A stretch of 37,485 nucleotides of DNA, from positions 1-37,485 of IMG/VR virus record IMGVR_UViG_3300046009_011433; one strand, written 5' to 3'. The stretch is from a virus (taxonomy: Duplodnaviria; Caudoviricetes). The translations under genes and the position numbers were made by a program. The notes below the pieces were generated by a model. That model saw only the letters and a program-made list of their open reading frames with translations. It made no database searches and was not told where the DNA came from. Below are positions 7,032 to 17,000 of this stretch, piece after piece (positions within the stretch are counted from its first letter, which is position 1; each line of letters opens with the position of its first letter).

Positions 7032-9692
7032 ATGCCAGACCTAAATCCACTATTTTCAGATCAAATAATAATTGATGGTAATACTTTCATATTAGGCGCA
7101 ACTACAGCGGGATCTGTTAGCATGGGAACTACAAGTTCTGAACTTACTGGTTTGTCATCAGGAACTACTTATTATTTTGCAGTTGTGGCTTTTAGCGATA
7201 TTTCTGGTTATTCGGGTTGGGTTGGTCCAGTTGCGGTATTCACATATCCAAGATTGCCAATTTATGCATTTAGTTGGTCCTGGCCTCATAGCACCCGTGG
7301 TGTGTATGACACTCTTTATTATTCTTCTGGAATAACTCAAAATCTTTTAGCTAGTTCAAATGATTTATTGAACTCTACTGTTTGGAATCAACCAGGTTCC
7401 GGTTATTCATTGTATCATGCAGTTTCAATTACACCACCAGCGGGTATGTCGGCTTTCGGTTTGTCTTTGACTGGTCCTACTGGATATCGTTTTCAACTTC
7501 AAAATCAAGGATATGTTTCTGTTACGGCTGGTGTTACATACACTTATTCTTATTACATAAATGCAACTGAAGGAATTACTCAAAATCTAGATGCAAGAAT
7601 ATCTCATTATTTTGATGGAAATGTCACTGGCACGTTTGCTCCGTTCTTGTATCAGATTGAACCGGAACTAAGAAATAATATTAGTTCTGGAGAATCTACT
7701 TTAACTTTGGGTTTTGCTGGAGCATCTGGGTGGACGAGAGTTCTTGTAAATGTTGTACCAAAAATCAATCAAAAATTAAAAATAAGTTCTTTCCAGATAA
7801 ATGGAACTTTTAATTCTATTCCAGATAAACCATATTATTTTGCAGGATTTAATTTTAATCAAGGTTCTACTCCATCAAATTTTGTCTCTACACCCATAAT
7901 ACCAGAATTTGATTCAAATGTATATGGGAATACCGGAACAACGATTATTTACGATGGAAGTGAATCTTCTTTTTCAAATTTTGGATCTTCTTATGGTTTA
8001 ACTTATATCTATCCTTTAGTTTTTAGTTATGAGTATTTACCTGGAAATAAACATTGGCTATCACCAAATAATATCATTCAATGGCAAAATTCAAATTCCT
8101 TGAAACGATACGCAAGAATTTTAAAAGGATTTTCTCTCGGAACCAGAGCATGTTATCCATCATTTATGAGTGATCGTTGGTTGTGGAATTTGCAAAGTGA
8201 TTTGTTGTCAATGGGATCTTCTGGTGGACAAGTTGGAAATTATTTTAATCAAGATGGAGAAAGTATAAATTACAGTCAGTGCACGAATGAAAACCATTGG
8301 GGTCTATGGATTACTGGTGGTATATGTTTAGGTCAACAAATTTGGAATCAAGTAATGCTTGATTTTACAAATTTAGATTCTTATTGTGACTATTTTATTC
8401 ATAACCAAGAAAATGTAAATGACGCATTTTCTGTGTTCAGCATATATCCATGTTCTGGAAATACGGCAATCCAAAGAACTATTCTAAATGACCCAAGATA
8501 CAAAGAATCTTTCTTTGGTTTAACATCCTGGCAAGATTTTATGTCTTCGTTTGGTGGATGTGGTTATTTAATTCAAGATACGGTATATGATGAAACAGAT
8601 TCGTACATGAGTTGGGAATCGTATGGTGCTGCTTTAATAAGAAAGTCTTTGGATTTAATGGTGATGGGTTATGATTCTTATGATGGTGGAAGATTTAAAA
8701 ATGCAATACAAACAGACGCTTATAGTTATTTTGGGATTGGTGCCATCGATGAAGGATCACCTTCTACATTCGGAATGCATCCGATAAATTACAAATATGT
8801 AATGGGAAATGCTCCATCTCCAACTTTTTATGGTTGGTATTCTTTTGGATGGGAAAATTCAGTATTATATGGTTCAAATTATGATAAAATAAAATTTAAA
8901 GCTTCAGGAGATCCATTATCTGCTGGAGAAACACGACCAAACCCATTCCCAATAGCATGGCTACCATTCTTGTTTGACATGCAAACATTGAGATTGGCAA
9001 AACGAGGAAGTCCAAAACTTCCAATGGTTCCAGTCATTCCGTCACTTCGATTCTACGGTCAACCAAATGCATTACCGGGACAGGATACTTCTTCTACACA
9101 AAGAACCTTTGCTCAAGGTGTCACAGCGGAACGACCAGTTGCTTATTATGCTGATGTAAATGTTGGATACAATCCTGTTGCTGGAATTACATTTACTGTG
9201 GCTGGTGGTAATAGTGCTTATTTCTATGAATTAATAAGACACGCATGTTTATCAGGATCCAGAGCATTTAATTGGTGGAATCCATCGGCATTCTTCAATG
9301 CAGAACTTTGGGGTGCATGTTATGGAACAAACTTTAAACCGATGGACTCTTTGACTATACAATCTGGTATCAATTATGCAAGAGACTATACATTGAGTGG
9401 CGATACAACTTACATATATGACATGCAATATTTGAATAATGTTCTTTCTGATTGTAATTCAAAATTGGGCGGATATACAATAAGAACAAATGTTCTTGAC
9501 AGAATAAATTATACGACAAATTATGTTGTCAGTGGCGCTCCTGGGCCTACTGGAGGTTCGTGGTGGAGAGTTACAATTAAACCAGGAACAACATTTATAG
9601 TGCAAGGAATTACTCTTCCAACAGTAAGTGGAGAAATTGGTTCTTGGTTCTATACATCTGGAAATACTTTAACAGGAATCACACAATTATAA
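7032..9692 (+). CDS. large virion-surface protein: N-terminal half FN3, lectin-like beta-sandwich, conserved AGGNSAYFYELIRH core
   Basis: 886 aa; GLSSGTTYYFAVVAF near the N-terminus; paralogous blocks with 14014 and 17741. Confidence 0.8.
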   Translation: MPDLNPLFSDQIIIDGNTFILGATTAGSVSMGTTSSELTGLSSGTTYYFAVVAFSDISGYSGWVGPVAVFTYPRLPIYAFSWSWPHSTRGVYDTLYYSSGITQNLLASSNDLLNSTVWNQPGSGYSLYHAVSITPPAGMSAFGLSLTGPTGYRFQLQNQGYVSVTAGVTYTYSYYINATEGITQNLDARISHYFDGNVTGTFAPFLYQIEPELRNNISSGESTLTLGFAGASGWTRVLVNVVPKINQKLKISSFQINGTFNSIPDKPYYFAGFNFNQGSTPSNFVSTPIIPEFDSNVYGNTGTTIIYDGSESSFSNFGSSYGLTYIYPLVFSYEYLPGNKHWLSPNNIIQWQNSNSLKRYARILKGFSLGTRACYPSFMSDRWLWNLQSDLLSMGSSGGQVGNYFNQDGESINYSQCTNENHWGLWITGGICLGQQIWNQVMLDFTNLDSYCDYFIHNQENVNDAFSVFSIYPCSGNTAIQRTILNDPRYKESFFGLTSWQDFMSSFGGCGYLIQDTVYDETDSYMSWESYGAALIRKSLDLMVMGYDSYDGGRFKNAIQTDAYSYFGIGAIDEGSPSTFGMHPINYKYVMGNAPSPTFYGWYSFGWENSVLYGSNYDKIKFKASGDPLSAGETRPNPFPIAWLPFLFDMQTLRLAKRGSPKLPMVPVIPSLRFYGQPNALPGQDTSSTQRTFAQGVTAERPVAYYADVNVGYNPVAGITFTVAGGNSAYFYELIRHACLSGSRAFNWWNPSAFFNAELWGACYGTNFKPMDSLTIQSGINYARDYTLSGDTTYIYDMQYLNNVLSDCNSKLGGYTIRTNVLDRINYTTNYVVSGAPGPTGGSWWRVTIKPGTTFIVQGITLPTVSGEIGSWFYTSGNTLTGITQL

Positions 9693-9704
9693 AATGTATG
9701 AACA

Positions 9705-10589
9705 ATGAGTATATTCTTTTCCGGAAATACCTATAACTTTGGTGCAACAGTAGCCGCAAAAATTGGAACTGGAACCACAAGTTATGTATTTTCTGGATTA
9801 AGTTCGGGTTCAGCATATGGTTTTATAATTTGGGCTTTTAATAGTTTTGGTTCATCTCCTATTGTTGGGCCAACTATATTCTTAACCAATGAAATTCCAA
9901 CACCGGAAGATTTTTCAGTTTCTCAGTTTGGTGAAAATGCTGTAATTTTAAATTGGGTTTATGATCCAGAAACAGTAATTGATGGATTTGAAATTTTAAG
10001 AGCAAATAGTCCTCTCATGGGCTTGACATTTGTTGCAAGTGATGTCAGAGGATATATTGATTCTGGTCTTACCAAAGGAATCACATATACATATAGTATT
10101 CAAGCATCATATTCAGGTAATTCTTCAAAACCACCACCTTCGAAATCAAAAACGCTTCCACCATCTCCTGGAGTTGTAGAACCTTCTGAACCGATTGGCT
10201 TTACATTAGCAATTAGTGAAATAAATCTCAATACCGTAATATTAAATTGGAACAAGGGTGAATTGGGCCTTTATGGTGAACCAGATGGATATCAAATTTA
10301 TCGTTCATTGACAGATTCCAACTATAAATTAACTGCTAGTACAACAGGGGCTACAACATATTCGGATTCTTCTCTCATATCTGGATCTACTTACTTCTAT
10401 AAGATTCAATCATACAATTCTGGTGGCCCTTCTTCATTGACAGGTCCTAAATTCATAAGAATTATAGGATATCCACCAAATACTCCTACTGGTTTGACTA
10501 CGCAAAATATAGATGAAAATTCCACTATACTACAATGGAATGATAACTCTATAAATGAAAACTTATTCAAAATTTACTATAGAACTTGA
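9705..10589 (+). CDS. FN3 repeat protein: half FN3 + 2 complete FN3 + complementary half FN3
   Basis: Begins GNTYNFGATV...GLSSGSAYGFIIWAFN; has two LNW...Y.I.R...L..G.TY.Y.IQ units; ends PTGLTTQNIDENSTILQWNDNSINENLFKIYYRT*. Confidence 0.85.
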   Translation: MSIFFSGNTYNFGATVAAKIGTGTTSYVFSGLSSGSAYGFIIWAFNSFGSSPIVGPTIFLTNEIPTPEDFSVSQFGENAVILNWVYDPETVIDGFEILRANSPLMGLTFVASDVRGYIDSGLTKGITYTYSIQASYSGNSSKPPPSKSKTLPPSPGVVEPSEPIGFTLAISEINLNTVILNWNKGELGLYGEPDGYQIYRSLTDSNYKLTASTTGATTYSDSSLISGSTYFYKIQSYNSGGPSSLTGPKFIRIIGYPPNTPTGLTTQNIDENSTILQWNDNSINENLFKIYYRT

Positions 10590-10600
10590 TTTCGAACAAA

Positions 10601-10608
10601 TATAAATA
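10601..10608 (+). promoter_or_regulatory. canonical T4 late promoter TATAAATA
   Basis: Exact match, 10 nt before ATG 10619. Confidence 0.7.
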
Positions 10609-10618
10609 GGAATAGTCC

Positions 10619-13132
10619 ATGGATCGCAATATTCTTCGCCAATATCTTTCGGGTCTCGCAGGAGCCAATAACCGTTTTCTTTTAGAGAATTCACGGTATC
10701 TTGGAAATCTTCCGCAAAACATCGTGTACAACGGATTGGTTTATACACTAAATCTCCGTGAAAATGCATTCATGAATCAATTTGGTCACAGAATTGATCC
10801 AAGTGCTGCATCTGCATTTATTACTGAAGCAAGAGCCTTTGAACAACAGAATTTGGCTATCTTGGACATTTCTTCAAGTTCTTCTGACAATAGTTCTTCA
10901 AGACCAACTCCAGAAAGTGGAGCAGTAACACCACAGAATCTTAATGCTAATCCAGATCCTAACGACACAACTACAGGTGTTATCGTTACCTTCACAATTG
11001 ATGATCCTGAAAAAGCAGATACTTTTATACTTTTCCGTGCAACAGATCCAAAGGGACCCTTTACTCAAGAAAAAGTTGATCTCAATAAGTTTACAAGAGC
11101 CTTTATTGATGAAGGTTTAACTCCTGGAACAACATATTATTATCAGGTTGCTGCTGTATTGGACGGTAAGCAAGGACCAACATCTGAGGTTGTATCCGTT
11201 ACAACTGATACTATCAAACCACCTTCAATTGGTATTACAGCACCTAGTGGATTAACTGCCACTTCAATTGTACAAAATAGAGTTGATCTTGCTTGGACTG
11301 ATAATTCCACAAATGAACTTGGATTCTATCTATATCAATCCTTGAATGGTTCATCATTTACTTTAATCGAAGGATTGGTTGCAGGAGCCACAGAAACCTC
11401 TGTAAAGGGACTTTCTCAAGACAGCAATTACTGGTATCGTGTACAAGCCTTTGCAACAGGAAGCACATCTGCATTCTCCAATACTGTTGCTTTGAGAACT
11501 CTTCCAACTCTGCCTGCTGCTCCCAGCAATCTTTCATTGTTGGTTGGTGGAACTTCACAAATTCAAGTTTCTTGGACAGACAACTCCACAAACGAACAAT
11601 TTTTCAATCTTTTCCGATCAACAGATGGGGTTTCATATCCATTCGGAATCACGCTCCCCGCAGGATCTACAACCTACTTGAACACAGGTTTGAGCGCTGG
11701 AACCACTTATTTCTACAGAGTAAATGCTGCAAATACCGGAGGAACTTCAGGATTCGCTGGTCCAGAATCTGCAACAACTCTTGGAATAACAATTGCAGCA
11801 CCAACATTGCTTTCAGCATATTCCTCGGTACCAGCAACTAAAAACTTCTTAAGATATACTGAAGGATTTACCACAGCAGTATCTTTGGCTAATGGTGGAT
11901 GGACTGCTGCATCTGGTGGATCGTCTACCACAGTAAGCATTGATAATTCTATTCTTGCACCAAATGGAACTACAGGCGCAGCACTTTTGACAGTAAATTC
12001 ACCTGTTGTAATAGGTGGCATTCATAGTATAGTCTCTGAACCCGGTATCACCGCAAATGATTACTGGAGTGGTTCAGTATGGCTCCGTGGAAAAACTGCT
12101 ACCATTGGTGGAATAAATGTTGTTGTACGAGCTGGTACTAACCAAAATGTAATTCCATCTACACTCAAAATTTTGAGTGGTCCCGGAACTGTTGTTACAA
12201 GTTCAGTTGGTGAGTCACACTGGAATGGTGTAGTAGGACTTAGCAAGACAGAATGGACAAGAGTTGCTTGGAACAATACTTCACCATGGGGTGTTACAGG
12301 ATCGGGTGGAACATACACAGATGTTCTATTGCGTTTGACTGTAAACTTCTACGATGGATCTATTCCAAGTGCAGTTACAGGGGATTCTATCTACGCTTGG
12401 GGCGCTCAATTCGAAAGAAACCCTTATCCAACAGAATATCTTGCAGCAACAGGTGGTTCGTTCTCCGAAAGACCGTTCCAAGGTCTTACTTCTCAAATAA
12501 ATCTTTATTGGCAAGATAACAGCACAGATGAAACTGGATTCTCCGTAGAGCGTTCTACAACTCTAGGTGGTGTTTATAGTGGAATCACATTACTTCCAGC
12601 TAATACCACAGTCCACAGTGATCGTGGATTGTCTGCAGGATCAACTTACTTCTATAGAGTAAGAGCCTTCAAGCCAGGTGCAACTTCAGGATTTGCAGGA
12701 CCAACATCTGCAGTCACATATCCTACTGTTCCTGCAACCCCAGCATTTACATCAATTTTAGCAGGATCTTCCTCACAAATTAATATAAATTGGACAAATG
12801 TTGCAAATGAAACTGGATATAACCTATATCGCTCATTGAATGATGTAAGTTATACTGGAATCACAACATTGGGTTCTGATGTAACTGGCTTCACCAACAG
12901 TGGTCTATCAGCAGGAACAACTTATTTCTATAAGATTGAAGCATTCAATGTGGGTGGTACTTCTGCTCTATCGGGTGCAACAAGTACAATTACCTTGCCA
13001 GCAGGAACAACACCATCTGCTCCAACAGGATTCACTGCACTTTCAGCCACAGACAGCACAGTAACTCTGCAGTGGACAGATACATCTACCAATGAAGATG
13101 GATTCCTGATTTACTACAGAGGAATAACCTGA
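10619..13132 (+). CDS. FN3 repeat virion protein: anchor domain, about 5 FN3, inserted lectin-like domain, terminal half FN3
   Basis: Repeated APSxL...WTDNSTNE.GF...GLSAGTTYFYRV; ends WTDTSTNEDGFLIYYRGIT*. Confidence 0.9.
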   Translation: MDRNILRQYLSGLAGANNRFLLENSRYLGNLPQNIVYNGLVYTLNLRENAFMNQFGHRIDPSAASAFITEARAFEQQNLAILDISSSSSDNSSSRPTPESGAVTPQNLNANPDPNDTTTGVIVTFTIDDPEKADTFILFRATDPKGPFTQEKVDLNKFTRAFIDEGLTPGTTYYYQVAAVLDGKQGPTSEVVSVTTDTIKPPSIGITAPSGLTATSIVQNRVDLAWTDNSTNELGFYLYQSLNGSSFTLIEGLVAGATETSVKGLSQDSNYWYRVQAFATGSTSAFSNTVALRTLPTLPAAPSNLSLLVGGTSQIQVSWTDNSTNEQFFNLFRSTDGVSYPFGITLPAGSTTYLNTGLSAGTTYFYRVNAANTGGTSGFAGPESATTLGITIAAPTLLSAYSSVPATKNFLRYTEGFTTAVSLANGGWTAASGGSSTTVSIDNSILAPNGTTGAALLTVNSPVVIGGIHSIVSEPGITANDYWSGSVWLRGKTATIGGINVVVRAGTNQNVIPSTLKILSGPGTVVTSSVGESHWNGVVGLSKTEWTRVAWNNTSPWGVTGSGGTYTDVLLRLTVNFYDGSIPSAVTGDSIYAWGAQFERNPYPTEYLAATGGSFSERPFQGLTSQINLYWQDNSTDETGFSVERSTTLGGVYSGITLLPANTTVHSDRGLSAGSTYFYRVRAFKPGATSGFAGPTSAVTYPTVPATPAFTSILAGSSSQININWTNVANETGYNLYRSLNDVSYTGITTLGSDVTGFTNSGLSAGTTYFYKIEAFNVGGTSALSGATSTITLPAGTTPSAPTGFTALSATDSTVTLQWTDTSTNEDGFLIYYRGIT

Positions 13133-13133
13133 A

Positions 13134-14000
13134 ATGTCTAGTGTATTTTTTAACGGGAACACATATACCTTTGGAGCCACAGTTGCCGCAAATCCGGGAA
13201 CTGGGACGACTTCACATGTATTTGGTGGATTGAGTTCTGGGTCTACATTTGGATTTATTTTAAGAGCCTTTAATGATTTTGGGTTCTCAAATTTTGTTGG
13301 TCCTTCAATAATTAAAACTTTATCGGAAACTCCAGAAGAAATTCGTCCATTGATTTCTGCATTAGAGTGGAATTCCCCATATGAACCTATTGCAACAACA
13401 ACTGTTTATGTTGATCCATATGATTTAGAGAATCAAAATTTGTTCATGTCTAGTGAGAATTTAATTCCATTTACTATTGGTGGCCCACCAATACAATACG
13501 GCTGGGAACCCGCACCACCTACAATTACACCACCTATGAGCATAACAAGTGGATTCAGTGCTCCAGATGGCTCTACAACTGCATGGCAATTTACTAGTAG
13601 TTCTGCGACAGGATGGGGATTACTAAAGAGAATGTCCCTAGACACAGGAAAAACTTATTATCTTTCGTATTATTATGATTTGTCAAGAGGAAACACTGGA
13701 ACCTTTATAGGTTTGGGAGGAATGTATTGGGAAGGTGGAATCTTACCTTCCATAAGATTCCAACCATTCCGACAAATTCTTCCTGTTGTTGGATCTATGG
13801 TCACCGGAGGATCAAACATAACACAAATTGGTTCTGCTACAGGTTGGACACGGTTTGCTTGGGAATTTAATACAATATCTGGATATTCAGATGGATCTCG
13901 TTTAGTTATGGGTATCATGAGTGTAGTAAGAGGAGCGGATTTTGGTTTAGGTACTGCAGCTAGATATTTCTGGGGACCACAATTAGAATTAGCGGAATAA
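13134..14000 (+). CDS. half FN3 + lectin-like beta-sandwich protein
   Basis: Begins GNTYTFGATV...GLSSGSTFGFILRAFN; QNLFMSSE...APDGSTTA...WTRF...WGPQLE module. Confidence 0.8.
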   Translation: MSSVFFNGNTYTFGATVAANPGTGTTSHVFGGLSSGSTFGFILRAFNDFGFSNFVGPSIIKTLSETPEEIRPLISALEWNSPYEPIATTTVYVDPYDLENQNLFMSSENLIPFTIGGPPIQYGWEPAPPTITPPMSITSGFSAPDGSTTAWQFTSSSATGWGLLKRMSLDTGKTYYLSYYYDLSRGNTGTFIGLGGMYWEGGILPSIRFQPFRQILPVVGSMVTGGSNITQIGSATGWTRFAWEFNTISGYSDGSRLVMGIMSVVRGADFGLGTAARYFWGPQLELAE

Positions 14001-14013
14001 ATAGGACTAAATT

Positions 14014-17000
14014 ATGAGCACCGGACCAACACCATATAATCCTACTATAGATAATCCTGTTTCAAGAACAGTTTCAACAAAAACTTATTACTATGATTCA
14101 TTCGGAAATACTTTATATGATGTTTCTTATCAAAATAGATTAAATTATATTGTAAGTTCTGGAAATACGTATACTGCTCCATTTTTTAGTGCAGGTTTGA
14201 ATGGAAATTATTTTGAATTGGCTGCAAGAAGTGGAATAACTTTATCAGATCCAGCCTACACAGATATTGAAATAATGAAATTGTTGCCAAAAGAAAAACG
14301 AGCAATTCAACCGTTTGCTTATAATGGTTCTCGTTTATGGTTATTTGCTGAAGACGCAACAATACTTCTTGGAAATGGTATGACTATGTTTGGTATTACG
14401 GGTGGTGCTTTTGTAAAACCAAATAGTTATTTGGGATTTTGGCCAGATTTTGGAATTTCTTATACTAGCGAATATGTTAGACAAGTAGCTGAGAGTATGT
14501 CACAGCAGGGGGCGACTTTACAATATATTATGATTGACCAAGAAGGAGAAGAAGTATATTTTAAAGATGAAAATGGAAATATTTCTTCACCTCTCGTTAA
14601 CTGTGTAACAGGAGGAACATTTTATACAAGCGGGTGGAGAGGATTATCTTCTTGGTTAGATTATTATCTTTTTGAAGGTGGTAACACATCATATAATTTT
14701 CTTGGTGATTCTGCAGAGGCATCTACAAATCGTATTGCTTGGTTGGCTGCTTGGAATCGATATAAAAATAAAGCTTTTGAACAAGCATTTTTACCTGAAT
14801 TGTTAAATTATAATTCTGATAGCGCAGTGAGCAATTATAATGACTGGATTACACTACCAAAAACAACTTATAATTCTTTTAATTATTTGGGTGAATATGC
14901 TAGCCCAGAAAGTTTAGAAAACCGTGCAATATCTGGTAATGCACAATCTCCTGTGATATATGGTTGGTTTACCAATGGACCGTTGGTAGAACAATTAAAT
15001 TACGATTTTTCTCAGGATACACCAGCCGTATCAGCTTTAGATCCCACTGTAATTTTTAACAGAACTTTTTCATATAAAAATTCACTACTTGATAAATTTT
15101 TTACTTCAGGGCCTTGGAGTAGTTTTATTTCTGTTGTTTCAGAAATGAAAGAAGCAAAAAGAAATGCTCCAAATTCACCAATAACTCCATGGATTCCTTC
15201 CGTAATGCAAGCAGGTCAATATAATTTGAACTATGGTTCAATATATAAATATGAAGCTCCGTGGCTAAAAAGTAACACGCAAATGCCAGCTGTCGCTGCA
15301 CACAATCGATGGAGATTCAGAAACATTAGTTCAGAAACAAGCGGCTTTAGTGGTCCTTTAAGTTCAACTGGAGGAATAAGAATCGTTTCTGGTACTACAT
15401 CTGCAGTAAAGTCTCTGTATTATGTATACAATGGGTTAACAAGCGGAATTACTTATGTATTTTCTTACTATGTAAATCTAGGATGTGGTTACACTGGTTT
15501 TGCAGCAGGTTTCAATAATTATACCAAAAATAATTATGGCATACCGACTGGAATAACATATTATCAATCATTACCATCTGCCACAGGTCCATTTTATAAC
15601 ACTGGTCCAATATATTATCCACCGGGTACATCGGATTGGACAAAGGTTGAATTTAAATTTAATCTTCCTTCTCCAGATCCCAAAAATGATGATATCTTTA
15701 ATCCAACTTTAGAGGTTTCAGTTATTGATGAATCCACTACAAGTGGATTGACATTGACAATGTTTATTGCAGACCCATCATTTGAAATAGAATCTTCACC
15801 ATCAAATATTTCAGTTATATCAATGACTCCAATTGTATCTGAACAAAATAAAATACAAGTATCAAAATGGTCTCCATGTGGTTTTGCTGATGTAAAAATT
15901 GGTTATAATCCCAAACTTGCTCTATATCTAACAGATAGAGCGGGAAACAGTGCATATTTTTATGAAATGATTCGTCATTGTTGCTTATTGGGAACAAAGG
16001 CATTTGGTTGGTTTAATGCTTTTTCCTTCATAGATAATTCATATCCCGGTGCCATAAACATAGGATTTGCTGGACAAGATGCTTTGGGTGCGGCAAAACA
16101 AAATCTAACATTAACAAATGGTTTCACTGGTTTCTTGGATGAATATAAATTACTAAATGAAACTTTACATGATGTTCATCAAAAAATAGGAGGATTCACA
16201 CTTACTACTGCTGGTGCAACTGATAAATGGAATTGGTCTTTGCCATATTTTGCATCTGCTGCACCAGACACAAGAGGACAAACTTGGTGGTGGAGAATTA
16301 CTGCCCAAAATGGTTACACATTATATGTAAACGGAATGACTTTACCTGATGCAAATGGAAGTGTTGGAATGTGGTTTGGAACAACTGGACCAACCTTGGC
16401 TGGAGTTTCCATAACATCGACACAGCCAATTCCTCCATCAGAACCCACTGGAATTACTGCTGTCAGAGACTTTAATTTCCTACAAATGAATTCTTTGGCA
16501 GATTTGACCGGAAATTCTCTTTCATTCAGCAGAGGTGGAACAGCATCCTATATTGGTCCAAGTGGTTATTTGTTATTCGCTGGATCAAATGTACCAAGAT
16601 TCCATTATGATCCAGTTACTTTGACAAAGCGTGGATTATTAATAGAAGCATCTGTTGCCAATCAATTAAACTGGAGTGAGTCTTTTGCATCAACTGGTGG
16701 TATACAAAACAACTGGATTTATACAAATCTTGTAGGTGTTTCTGGAAATACATCCCCATCCTTGGATCTTAGCGCAATAAGATTTACAGCAACTGGGGCA
16801 AATGCAACTCTAATTTCTTCAAGTGCAGTTGGAAACACAACAAATCCAAAAATTTTAAGTTTCTGGTGCAAAGGTATAACAGGAACAGAAAGTCTTTCTT
16901 ATACAGTAGATGGTGGTACTTTATGGAATAGTGTTTCAAAACTAAGTGGTTCTTGGAACCGAGTTTATTTTGGACCAATTTTTAATGGAAATTGCTATTT

